Origin: Dendrobates tinctorius
Taxonomy: Eukaryota
Assembly: GCF_039654945.1 (NCBI RefSeq)
Contig: NW_027361787.1
Span: 3,038,001 to 3,102,000 of the forward strand
Direction: 5' to 3'
Length of the DNA stretch: 64,000 bases
Made by a program: the position numbers and the translations under genes. Under the pieces are notes generated by a model. It was not told the origin of the DNA, ran no database searches, and worked only from the letters and a program-made list of their open reading frames with translations. Of this stretch, positions 37,301 through 49,300 are shown piece by piece. Numbering within the stretch: position 1 is the first letter of the stretch; each line of letters opens with the position of its first letter.

Positions 37301-40300
37301 CACTCTACAGAACCTCGGCTGGCTTCTAATCCTGGAAAAAATCAAGGTTGCAGCCCAGCAAAATTCAGGAGTTCCTAGGACTAACACTGGAATCAAACAC
37401 CCAAGAGTGTTACCTCCCGGACCACAAAAAGAGAGAATTGCTCAAATGATAGCAAAGGCGATTCAGATCCCTTCCATGACACTAACAAAAGCAATGTCAC
37501 TACTAGGCTCTCTCCTCTCTCTCCGCCTGCCTGCCGGCGGTCCAGTGGGCACAGCTACATAGGAGAGATCTCCAATGGGATGTATTAGCCAACCAGTTAG
37601 CATTAGGAGGTCACTTAGAGGGTCGCATTACCCTAGATTCCAAAACTTCATTCCCTAGCCTGTTGGGGAAACACAGACAACCTATCCAAATGGATTCCGT
37701 GGGTAATAAAAATCACATATAATTACCGCGGATGCCAGTCCCATGGGATGGGGAGCACACATGAACAGCAGGGTGGCTCAGGGGGAATTGGGAGGCCAGG
37801 AATTAGAAGCCTCCTCAAACCAAAAGGAACTCTGGGCAGTAGGCTATGCCTTAACACACTTCCTATCCATGCTGCAAGGTCATCATGTCCGCATATTTTC
37901 GGACAATCAAGTGACAGTGGCCTATATAAATCACCAGGGGGGGGATCCAGGTCCCGAGCCCTAATGAACACGTCCTCCAAAATCCTCACCCTAGCCGAGA
38001 TAAACCTACTATCTCTTCCTGCACTGCACATACAGGGAACAGAGAACCAGACAGCAAACTTTCTGAGTTGCACTCAATTGCGCCAGGGAGAATGAGCCTT
38101 TAAACGGTCCATTTTCGGCAGATTGTGGAAATGTGGGGAATCCCAGACATAGATCTGTTTGCCGACTACAAAAATAAAAAAGTGGAAGAAAAGGGGGAAT
38201 CCTCGGGCCCTGGACGCCTTGATGCTCCCGTGGACACAGAACCTAACGTATGCCTTTCCCCTGATCATTCTCATTCTGGCTGTCATAAGGAAAGTCAGAG
38301 AGGATGGGTCGAGAATGATACTGATACCCCCCTTCTGGCCAAAAAGAACTTGGTTTTCCTGGCTGAGAATGCTCTCGATAACTGACCCCTGGATCTTACC
38401 AGATCTCCCGGACCTACTGTCTCAGAGACCAAGGTTACACCCTCGGGCAGTGAACCTCCATTTTATAGCATGGAATTTGAAAGGGCACTGCTGAGGAAAA
38501 GGGGGTTCTCCGAAAGCCTAGTTTCTACACTACAAAAGAGTAGGCAACCGACCACGACGAGCCTATGGGAGAACTTTGAGGAAATTTCTGTCCACCTCCG
38601 GGACAAGGGTTCAGGATGGGGTCCAGATTGACAGAATTGTTGAATTTCTGCAGAGGGGCTTAGAGCAGAGACTGGCGGTTAACACACTGAAAATACAGAT
38701 AGCAGCCATAGGTGCCCTTTATAACCAGGATATGGCAGGCAGCCCCGGGGTAACATGGTTTATTAGGGCCGCAACCAGGTCCAGGCCAATAGTCAGCCTG
38801 AAATTACCATTGTGGGACCTGAATCTCGCACTATCCGCACTAACAGGTCCCCCGTTTGAACCTATCCAGTCAGTACCCCTAAATATCTTATCATTAAAAA
38901 CTGTGCTTCAGGTGGCGCTATCGTCGACTCGCAGGGTGAGCGATATTCAAGCTTTATCAGCGGCGCCACCGTTTACTAAAATACTAGACGACAGAGTCAT
39001 CTTAAAGCCTGACCCGGCATATCTATCTAAAGTAGCATCACATTTTCATAGGTCCCAGGAGGCAGTCCTTCCTTCCTTCTGCCCAAACCCTAGGAATAGG
39101 GGAGAGGAAAGATTTCATACCCTAGATGTAAAGAGGTGCCTAGTTCAGTACTTAGAGGCCACCAAAGAATGTAGGAAGGAAGGCTCTCTCTTTGTGTGTT
39201 TCCAGGGACCTCGGAAGGGACTCAAAGCATCTAAGAGTACCCTGGCAAGGTGAATAAGGGATGCGATTGCCAGGGCATATTCATCAAGTGGAAATACCAT
39301 CCCGGAAGGGTTGAGAGCTCATTCCACAAGAGCGATGGTGACCTCATGGGCTGGAAGATCGGAGGTATCTATAGAACAGATCTGTAAGGCGGCCACCTGG
39401 TCATCACCTTCTACCTTTTTCAGACACTATTGTTTAGATCTAGCCTCTACGTCTGACCTGACCTTTGGGAGAAGGGTCCTTCAGGCTGTGGTCCCTCCCT
39501 AAGCTACAAATCTCTGAAATTCTCTCCGTGGTGCTGTCATGGGTGAGAGGGAATAGCTTAGTTACTCACCGATAACGGTGTTTCTCGGAACCCATGACAA
39601 CACCCGCTTATTCCCCCCCTTCATGTGTGCGGTGAGCACGTTTTACTGTTCGTAGATTGGTTTTCATTTAGACACGGTGCTTCTTGATAATATGCAACAT
39701 TACAATGTTATGTATATTCTTTTGTTGTTAACTAACCTGGAGACCCTCTGATGCTCTGTAACCAACTGGGGGCGGAGGAGAGGTGCCGCCCTTTTTATCT
39801 GTAGGTTCCTGTACCTGATGGGCGGATCCCCTCTCTCCATGGTGCTATCATGGGTTCCGAGAAACACCGTTATCGGTGAGTAACTAAGCTATTCACCCTC
39901 ATTTTTTTTCCAAAGGGTAACAGGAGAAATTGGATGCCAAAAGTTGTTGAGCAATTTCTCCTGAGTACGCCCATACCCCATATGTGGAAGAATACTACTG
40001 TTTGGCCGCATGACAGAGCTTGGAAGGGAAGTAGCGCCATATTGGAGATCAGATTTTGCTGGAATTGTTTGTGGGTGACATGTCACATTGTCAGAGCCCC
40101 TGAGTTGCCAGGACAGCATAAGCCCCCAAAAGTGACTACATTTTTCCAAATACTTCCCTGAATGAATTCTTCTAGTGGTACAGTGAGCATACTGACACCA
40201 CAGCTGTTCCATAGAAGATTATACCATTGGGCAGTGAAGAAAAAATAATAACTGTATTTTTCGGACTATAAGATGCACCCAAAATTTTCAAAAGGAAAAT

Positions 40301-43300
40301 AGGGGAAAAAATGTGCCAAATGGGGGTCCATCTTACAGTCCGAATTCAGCTTATCGGGGGGATCAGCACAGGTGCAAGAGTGGTCACAGAGGTTGTTTGG
40401 TGGCCCAGGCCTCCGGAAAATCCCATCCCAGGCTGGTGTGGCAGCGGTGCTCTGTGCTGGGGTGGCAGCGCTCTGTGCTGGGGCGGCGGCAGCGCTCTGT
40501 GCTGGGGCGGCGGCAGCGCTCTGTGCTAGGGAGGCGGCAGTGTTTTGTGCTGGGGCGGCAGCGCATTGTGCTGGTGTGGCTGCAGCGCTCTATGCTGGGG
40601 CGGCGGTGCTCTGTGCTGCGTGGGGGGCTATGCCGCCATTTTGTCAAAGCCGGAGGCCCCTGCAGCTCCATTGCTGCGATGCGGTGGCAGAGATCTGAAT
40701 CCGAGCATGCGCCGCCCACGGCGGCCATTTTTCCGGAGACCACCGCATCCCAGCAATGGAACTGCGGGGGTCTCCAGCCTTTGACAAAATGCCGGCGGAG
40801 CTCTCCACGCAGCACAAAGCACCACCGCACTTTAGAATAAACCCTAACAGTAACTCTAACTTTAGCCTAACAGTAACCCTAACAGTAACCCTAACTCTAG
40901 CCTCAACACTAAACCTAACTCTAGCACTAACTCTAACATGCCTTATCTGTTTCTTTTTACTTTATAGCACAATCGCTGACTGACACAGCTGTTTGCAGCA
41001 GCACTTGTAACACTGTTTCTTCTCTAATCTCTCACTGACAGGAGATCTGAGGCAGATTGCCCAGAAAAGTTTGCTGCTACAACAAACTTATCTAGTGATT
41101 TGTCTCATTGGCTGGTGTGACACTGACGTCATAAGGACCTGAACCAATCAGGTCTCAATGAGGTCGGGGGTCACAGGAAGCGCTGTGTGCCAGAATCCCC
41201 CAGTTATAAGGTACATGGGGGGCCCGATGAGCACAAAACCGCTGACAAGCGTCGGCGGTGCACAAAGTCCTGCTAGCGCCGACGTTTATCTACTCTTGGT
41301 GGTCACAAAGCGGTTAAGTTAAGGGTACCATAATTCCTGTCCAGGCCTATTTCATGAGTTAAAAAAAAAAAAAAACTGGAGTCTGAACTGAGAAGGTAAG
41401 TTAATGTGTATGCACAATGTAAGTGCATATTAACACATGACCATTAACCAGAGAAAACAAAAAGCAAAAAACACAAATATCCTAAAATAAAAAATAAATT
41501 TCATGAGTTTTACTTTTTTTTTAAATACTGTGGAAGCATGGTTAAAAAGCTATGGTGTAACTACAAAGTTATGGGCCCCTATGCGAACTTTCAAATGGGG
41601 TCCCCCCACCCCGGGCTGCCACTAGGAGTTTCGGGGACCCCATACTGGCAAAATTTTCGGGGCCCCCTTGAGACCAGCCTCCATCCCCCGAACTGTCCAC
41701 AGCCTCATCGCTCCCATAATTCCACCCCCACATAGAGAATGAAAGGAGCAGAGGGCAGATGTCTGACTTGCTATACCATAGAATATAATGCCGCCCCTCA
41801 TATTATATAACACAGCCTCCCCCATAGAATATAATGTACCCCCCATGGTATATAACACAGCAGCATAGTACATAGCACAGCATCACTGTTAGCGTGAGTG
41901 GTCTGGAGCAGGAAACCCCGGGAGTGGACCCTCTGGACCGTGGCACCGAGGGACCCCGGGCGAGCTGCCAGGTGGAACCGACCCCTATACAGGGACCGTT
42001 AGGAGCAGGCCCAGGGGTTCGAGTACCACGGTAGCCGGTACCAAGAGGGGCGGCTCAGGATGGATCGGAGTAAGACTGAGACTGGAGTAGGACGGCAGGA
42101 ACACTGAAGGCAGGACTGGAGTAGGACGACAGGAACACTGGAGGCAGGACTGGAGTAGGACGGCAGGAGCACTGGAGGCAGGACTGGAGTAGGACGGCAG
42201 GAACACTGGAGACAGGACTGGAGTAGGTCGGCAGGAACACTGAAGGCAGGACTGGAGTAGGACGGCAGGAACACTGGAGACAGGACTGGAGCAGGAACAC
42301 AGAAGACAACTGCGGAAGAGAACAAGGAACACGGGAAGCAGGACTGAGAAGCTGCTGCGGGGAGCAGCCGAGAACGGAACTGCAGGAGCAGAGCGTACAC
42401 GATGTAGCGAGGCCAGAGTGCTGGAAACACAATGATCAGGCGCCTCCCTCAGGGGGAAGCAGCCTGATATGGCCCCGTCTGGTCCACCATTAGTCCAAAG
42501 GTGCTTCCGGGTCAGGGCACAGCCGGAGCATAAGAAGCAGGAAGGAGGCGCGGCCGCGGCCTATGGTGCATGCGCATAGCATGCAGGGACGGCATCGGTC
42601 ACGAGCCCGTCTCAGGTGACCGCTGCGGCCGTCGGGTGGAGAGAGGCTGCGGCATGGGAGCGGAGGCCAACTGCGGCGTGGGAGCGGAGGCCGGGTGAGT
42701 ATGGCGGAGTGATGTAACCATCACATAGTATATAGCACAGCATCACATGGTATACGGCACATTACCGCATGGTATACAGCACAGCACCCCCCCATTCTAT
42801 ACAACACAGCACCCCCATGGTATACAGCGTAGCATGGTATACAGCCCCCCATGGTATATAGCATCGCATGGTATACAGCACAGCACCACATGGTATACAG
42901 CACAGCAACCCACCATGGTATACAGCACCCCCTGTTGTGAATTCGCTTTCTGGCCTCCCTCTGGTTATTACTGAAGGTAGTGGAGCTGGTCAGATTGACA
43001 GAGGGATTGTGAGTTCTCTTTCTGGGCTCCCTCTTGTGGTTACTGGAGGTAATGGAGCTTGTTGTGAGTTCATTTTCCCCTTCACTACTGAGGCCCGATG
43101 AACTCCCTCTTCTGGTAAGGAAAGGTAGTGAGCCTGATTATCAGGCACCTGAGCCTAATGATGATGACTGGCTGAGTGGAGTTACGGACTGGATATAAGG
43201 CTGCCTACGCCCTTCTGCCCTGCGGGTGATTTCTCTGTGGGATCCTTGGAGACCAGTCTGAATTCCTGCTCTTCTAAAGCTAAGTTTTTCTGCTCTGCTT

Positions 43301-46300
43301 TTTGCATTTGTGCTTTGACTTTGTTTGCTTTGTTTTTCTGGATTTCTGCCATTCCCTGCTGGGGTGAGCTGAATTCCTTTAGCTCTGTCTTCTGAAAATA
43401 CCTGAGTGCTGATATAGTTTTTGAAGCCTAGCTGCTTCAGGGTCTTTTTCCATATCAGCTGTTGGCTTATGTCTTTGATAGGGTTTTGGCAGATTGCAGA
43501 CAGCAACCTTCCTTTCCTGTCCTATTCGCATTAAGCATGGGGATGAATGGAAGACGGCGTTTAATACTCCGGAGGGACATTTTGAGTACCTGGTGATGCC
43601 TTTTGGGCTCACTAATGCCCCTTCTGTCTTACAGTGCTTCATGAACGATATTTTCCGAGATTTTGTCGATAAATTTTTGATTATCTATCTGGATGATATT
43701 TTGATCTTCTCCAAGGATTGGGATTCTCATGTGGAACATATTCGGACTGTGTTCCGGATCTTGAGGGAGAATTCCCTGTATGTCAAAGGATCTAAATGCC
43801 TTTTTGGAGTACAGAGGATTTCTTTTTTGGGATTTATTTTGTCTCCGTCAACTATTGAAATGGACCCGGCCAAGGTACAGGCCATTTACGATTGGGTTCA
43901 GCCCACTTCTTTGAAGGCCCTCCAGAAGTTTTTGGGTTTTGCTAATTTTTATCGGAAATTTATAGCAAAATTTTCTAGTATTGCCAAGCCATTGACTGAT
44001 TTGACTAAGAAGGGTGCTGATGTGTTAAATTGGTCTCCGGAGGCTGTTTCTTCCTTTCAGGAGCTGAAGCGAAGATTCACTTCCGCCCCGGTTTTGCGGC
44101 AACCTGATGACCCTGCTCGTGAGAGCTTACAATCTACAATGAGGTGAGGGAGATACAAAGTACAGGTGTGTATTTACATTTGTATTTTTACAATGAAGGT
44201 CCAGCCATTTTGAGGGAGTGAAGGATGGATAGAGATAGTGAATGGGCTACACACGCACACTTACACATAGAATGACTTTGATTAGTGAATGTGATAGGCC
44301 ACTGTGAACAAATGTGTTTTGAGGGAGCGCCTAAAGCTATGCAAATTGTGGTTAGTCCTAATTTCTTGGGGTAGAGCATTCCAGAAGATAGGAGCAGCAT
44401 GGAGAAGTCTTGGAGTCGGGAGTGGGAGGTACAGATTAGTGCAGAGGTAAGTCGAAAGTTTGCAGAGCGCAGCGATCGGCTATGCCGATAGACAGAAATG
44501 AGGGAGGAGATGTGGGGGGGTGCCGCACTGTGGAGAGCTTTGTGGGTGAGAACAAGTACTTTGAATTGGATCCTATAATGAATGGGCAGCCAGTGTAATG
44601 ACTGACGAAGAGCGGACACGTCCAAGTACCGATTAGCCAGATGGACGACCCTGGCAGCTGCATTAAGAATGGACTGGAGAGGGGATAGTCAAGTGACAGG
44701 GAGGTGTTGTGAGTTCATTTTTCCCTTCACCAGTGAGGTCTGATGAACTCCCTCTTCTGGCGAAGGAAGGTAGTGAGGCTGATTACCAAACAGCTGATGA
44801 CTGGGTCACAGGAACTGATGACTGGATATAAGGCAGCCGACGCCCTGCTGCATTGCTGGTGATTTTCCTGCTGGATTCTTGGAGACCAGTCTGATTTCTG
44901 CTTCTCAAAGCTAAGTTTTGCTCTGCCTTTTGTACTCTTTAGTTCTGGTTTTGTTTGCCTTGTTTTATGGAGTTCAGCCATCCCCGGCCGGGGGTGAGCT
45001 GAATTCCATTTTTGTCTCTGATCTGTTGATCTCTGGCTCTGTCTTCAGAATTTACCTGAGTACTGATATAGTCTTTTTGAAGCCTAGCGGCTTCAGGGCC
45101 TGTTTTTCCTCCTTCGGTGACTCATCCATTACAGAATCACCAGCCATACCGCAGATCCTAGGGTACTCAATAGCAGGAAAGAATTGTAAGAAAAAAAAAA
45201 GGTGTCAGAATTTCTTTGTGTATATTTTTTCCTCTATCTCTGAGGCCGTAGGGGGAATTTTTCTTTTTCTCTCAATGGAGGTGAAGCAATTGTCTGATCG
45301 TGTGGAGCAGCTCGCTGCGGAAGTGCGGGGAATTTCCGCCTATCTTACTCATTCACATGCTGCTGGACCAAAGATCCCTACTCCTGATGTGTTTTTTGGG
45401 GATCGGTCTAAATTTTTGAATTTCAAGAATAATTGTAAATTATTTTTTGCCTTGAAGCCTAACTCGTCGGGGAGCTCCGCGCAGCGGATTAAAATTGTCA
45501 TGTCTTTGCTGCGCGGCGATCCCCAGGATTGGGCGTTTTCTTTGAAACCTGATGATCCTATTCTAAATAATGTGGATGCATTTTTTCAAGCCTTGGGGTT
45601 GTTGTATGATGAACCTAATGCTATTGATCAGGCTGAAAAGGCCCTGTTGGCATTGAGCCAAGGTCGGGATTCTGCAGAGTTGTACTGTCAAAAATTCCGA
45701 AAGTGGGTGGTCCTTACTACCTGGAATCATGATGCCTTGGCAGCTCTCTTTCGGAAAGGTTTGTCAGAAACCGTAAAAGATACTATGATGGGATTTCCTG
45801 TTCCCTCAGGTCTTGACGATTCTATGTCATTAGCCATTCAGGTTGATCGGCGTTTGCGTGAACGTAAGACCGCACGAGAGGTGTTGCCACCTGTTGAACA
45901 AATGTCTGAACCTATGCAATGTGATAGAGTTTTGTCCAGGGAGCAACATCAGGAGTTCAGAAGGCGTAATAAGCTGTGTTTTTTTTTGTGGAGATGCCTC
46001 GCATATTATTTCTGTCTGCCCTAAACGAGAGAAACGTTGTGCTCACACGTTTTCTGTGGTTGGTGTTCAACCTAAGTTTCTTCTGGCAATTACTCTGATC
46101 TGCTCCCTGTCCACATTTTCCGCTAAGGCTTTTGTGGATTCGGGAGCAGCTCTGAACCTGATGGACTTGGATTTTGCTAAACGTTGTGGATTTCCTATGA
46201 CACCTTTGCGGATGCCTATCCCTTTGAGGGGTAATGATGCGACTCCTTTGGCGAAAAATAAACCTCAGTTTTGGACCCAGGTGGTAATGCGGGTCGCCCC

Positions 46301-49300
46301 AGACCATCAAGAAAATTGCAGATTTTTGGTGTTGCATAATTTGCATGATACCATTGTTCTGGGGTTTCCCTGGTTGCAAATCCATAATCCAGTTTTGGAT
46401 TGGAAATCTGTGTCTGTGGTGAGTTGGGGTTGTCGGTGTGCCCTTAGTGATGCTCCTGTTTTCTCCACCTCTCCCCAGTCGCATGATGTTCCTGACTATT
46501 TGGCTGACTTTTATGATGTATTTAGTGAGAATGAGTCTGCGTCTTTGCCTCCTCATAGGAGTTATGACTGTGCAATTGAGCTGAGCCCGGGGTGCAAATT
46601 TCCCAAGGGTTGGCTCTTCAATTTATCTGTACCCGAACACGAGGCTATGCGATCCTATATTAAGGAGGCGTTGGAGAAGGGTCATATTAGACCATCCTCG
46701 TCACCCTTAGGTGCCGGTTTTTTTTTCGTGGCTAAAAAAGATGGTTCATTAAGGCCTTGTATTGACTATCGTGCCCTCAACAAAATTACTGTTAAATATC
46801 AGTATCCGTTACCCCTGATTTCTGATCTATTCTCCAGAGTTAAAGGTGCTTGCTGGTTTACCAAGCTTGACCTCAGGGGGGCGTATAATCTTATTCACAT
46901 TAAGCATGGGGATGAATGGAAGACGGCGTTTAATACTCCGAAGGGACATTTTGAGTACTTGGTGATGCCTTTTGGGCTCACTAATGCCCCTTCTGTCTTC
47001 CAGTCCTTCATGAACGATATTTTCCGAGACTTTGTGGATAAATTTTTGATTATCTATCTGGATGATATTTTGATCTTTTCCAAGGATTGGGACTCTCATG
47101 TGGACCATGTTCGGACTGTGTTCCGGATTTTGAGGGAGAATTCCCTGTATGTCAAGGGATCGAAATGCCTTTTTGGGGTACAGAGGATTTCATTTTTGGG
47201 ATTCATTTTGTCTCCGTCAACTATTGAAATGAACCCGGCCAAGGTACAGGCCATTTATGATTGGGTTCAGCCCACTTCTTTGAAGGCCCTCCAGAAGTTT
47301 TTGGGTTTTGCTAATTTTTATCGGAAATTTATAGCTAATTTTCTAGTATTGCCAAGCCATTGACTGATTTGACTAAGAAGGGTGCTGATGTGCTGAATTG
47401 GTCTCCGGAGGCTGTTTTTTCCTTTCAGGAGCTGAAGCGAAGATTCACTTCTGCTCCCGTTCTGCGGCAACCTGATGTCTCACTCCCGTTTCAGGTAGAG
47501 GTGGACGCCTCTGAGATTGATGCAGTAGCTGTTTTGTCCCAAAAAGATCCTGTGACATCTAAAATTAATCCCTGTGCTTTCTTTTCCCGAAAGTTCTCCC
47601 CATCCGAACGTAACTATGATGTGGGGAATCGGGAACTGTTGGCCATGAAATGGGCATTTGAGGAGTGGAGACATTGGTTGGAGGGAGCTTGACACCAGGT
47701 TGTGGTCCTTACTGACAACAAGAATTTGATTTACCTGGAGTCGGCCAAACGCTTGAATCCTAGACAGGCTAGGTGGGCCTTGTTTTTCACACGTTTTGAT
47801 TTTGTGGTCTCTTTTCTTCCTGGCACTAAGAATGTCAAGGCAGACACCCTCTCTAGGAGTTTCTTTGCTGATTCTCCTGTTGTGACCAAGCCTGCTACCA
47901 TCTTAGGCGAGGGGGTAGTTCTTTCTGCCATCTCGCCCGATTTGAGACGTGCTCTGGAAGAGTTCCAGGAGGACAAACCTGAGCGTTGTCCCAGTGGAAA
48001 GTTGTATGTTCCTGACCAGTGGAGGAAGAAGGTGATGTCTGAAGTTCATTGCTCTGCATTGGCTGGTCATCCAGGTATTTTTGGTACTAGAGATCTGGTG
48101 AGTCAGTCTTTTTGGTGGCCCGCCTTGTCTCGTGATGTCTGGAATTTTGTGCAGTCCTGTGGGACTTGCTCCCGGTCTAAACCTTGTTCTCGCTCTAGTG
48201 GGTTGTTGATGCCTTTGCCGGTGCCCAAGAGGCCATGGACCCATATTTCAATGGATTTTATCTCTGATATGCCTGTCTCTCAGAGAATGACCGTTATTTG
48301 GGTGATTTGTGATAGATTCTCTAAGATGGTCAACACCTCGGCAGGTGGAGCCTTCTGCCTGCCCAGGTGTTGACACTGTGGTGGAGAGAATGCATCGGAT
48401 CTGGGACCAAGTGGTGGATAAGTTGTCTCTCTCCCAGGAAAAGGCCCAGCGGTTTTCCAACCGGCATAGTACCATTGGTCCCCAGTTTAAGGTGGCTGAT
48501 ATGGTTTGGTTGTCATAAAAAAATATCGCTATGAAGGTGGCTTCTCCTAAGTTTAAAGCCTAGATTTATTGGACCTTACAAGATTTTGGAGATTATTAAT
48601 CCGTCTCTTTTCGGTTGGCTCTTCCTGTCACGTTTAAGATTCATAATGTGTTCCATAAGTCCTTGTTGAAGAGGTTTGTTGAACCAGTAGTTCCTGGGGT
48701 GGCACCTCCTGACCCTGTATTGGTTGAAGGTAACATGGAGTATGAGGTAGAGAAGATACTGGATTCCCGTCTGGCTAGACGGAGACTCCAGTATTTGGTT
48801 AAGTGGAAGGGTTATGGTCAGGAGGATAATTCCTGGGTCTCTGCCTCTGATATTCATGCCGAAAGATTGGTGCGTGCCTTTCATCGGGCTCACCCTGATC
48901 GCCCTGGTGGCATGGATGAGGGTTCGGTGACCCCTCCTCAAGGGGGAGGTACTGTTGTGAGTTCATTTTTCCCTTCACCAGTGAGGTCTGATGAACTCCC
49001 TCTTCTGGCGAAGGAAGGTAGTGAGGCTGATTACCAAACAGCTGAGCAGGTAGATGATGACTGGGTCACAGGAACTGATGACTGGATATAAGGCAGCCGA
49101 CGCCCTGCTGCCTTGCTGGTGATTTTCCTGCTGGAATCTTGGAGACCAGTCTGATTTCTGCTTCTCAAAGCTAAGTTTTGTCTCTGCCTTTTGTACTCCT
49201 TAGTTCTGGTTTTGTTTGCCTTGTTTTATGGAGTTCAGAGATCCCCGGCCGGGGGTGAGCTGAATTCCATTTTTGTCTCTGATCTGTTGATCTCTGGCTC

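Larger units (their letters stand above)
33186..39893 (+). mobile_element. DIRS1-type tyrosine-recombinase retrotransposon, structurally complete, coding decayed
   Basis: Inverted terminal repeats (33186-33290 / 39762-39893), an ICR at 39521-39604 complementary to both ends, RT (LDLSDAY, CLDDFLI), RNase H ([15 protein letters not shown]), MT-like DLFA/YAFP and YR. Confidence 0.93.

Noticed and set aside
45979-45989. Programmed gag-pol frameshift at the T-run
   Set aside because: The shift falls inside the CCHC knuckle at a homopolymer; more likely slippage or a sequencing indel.
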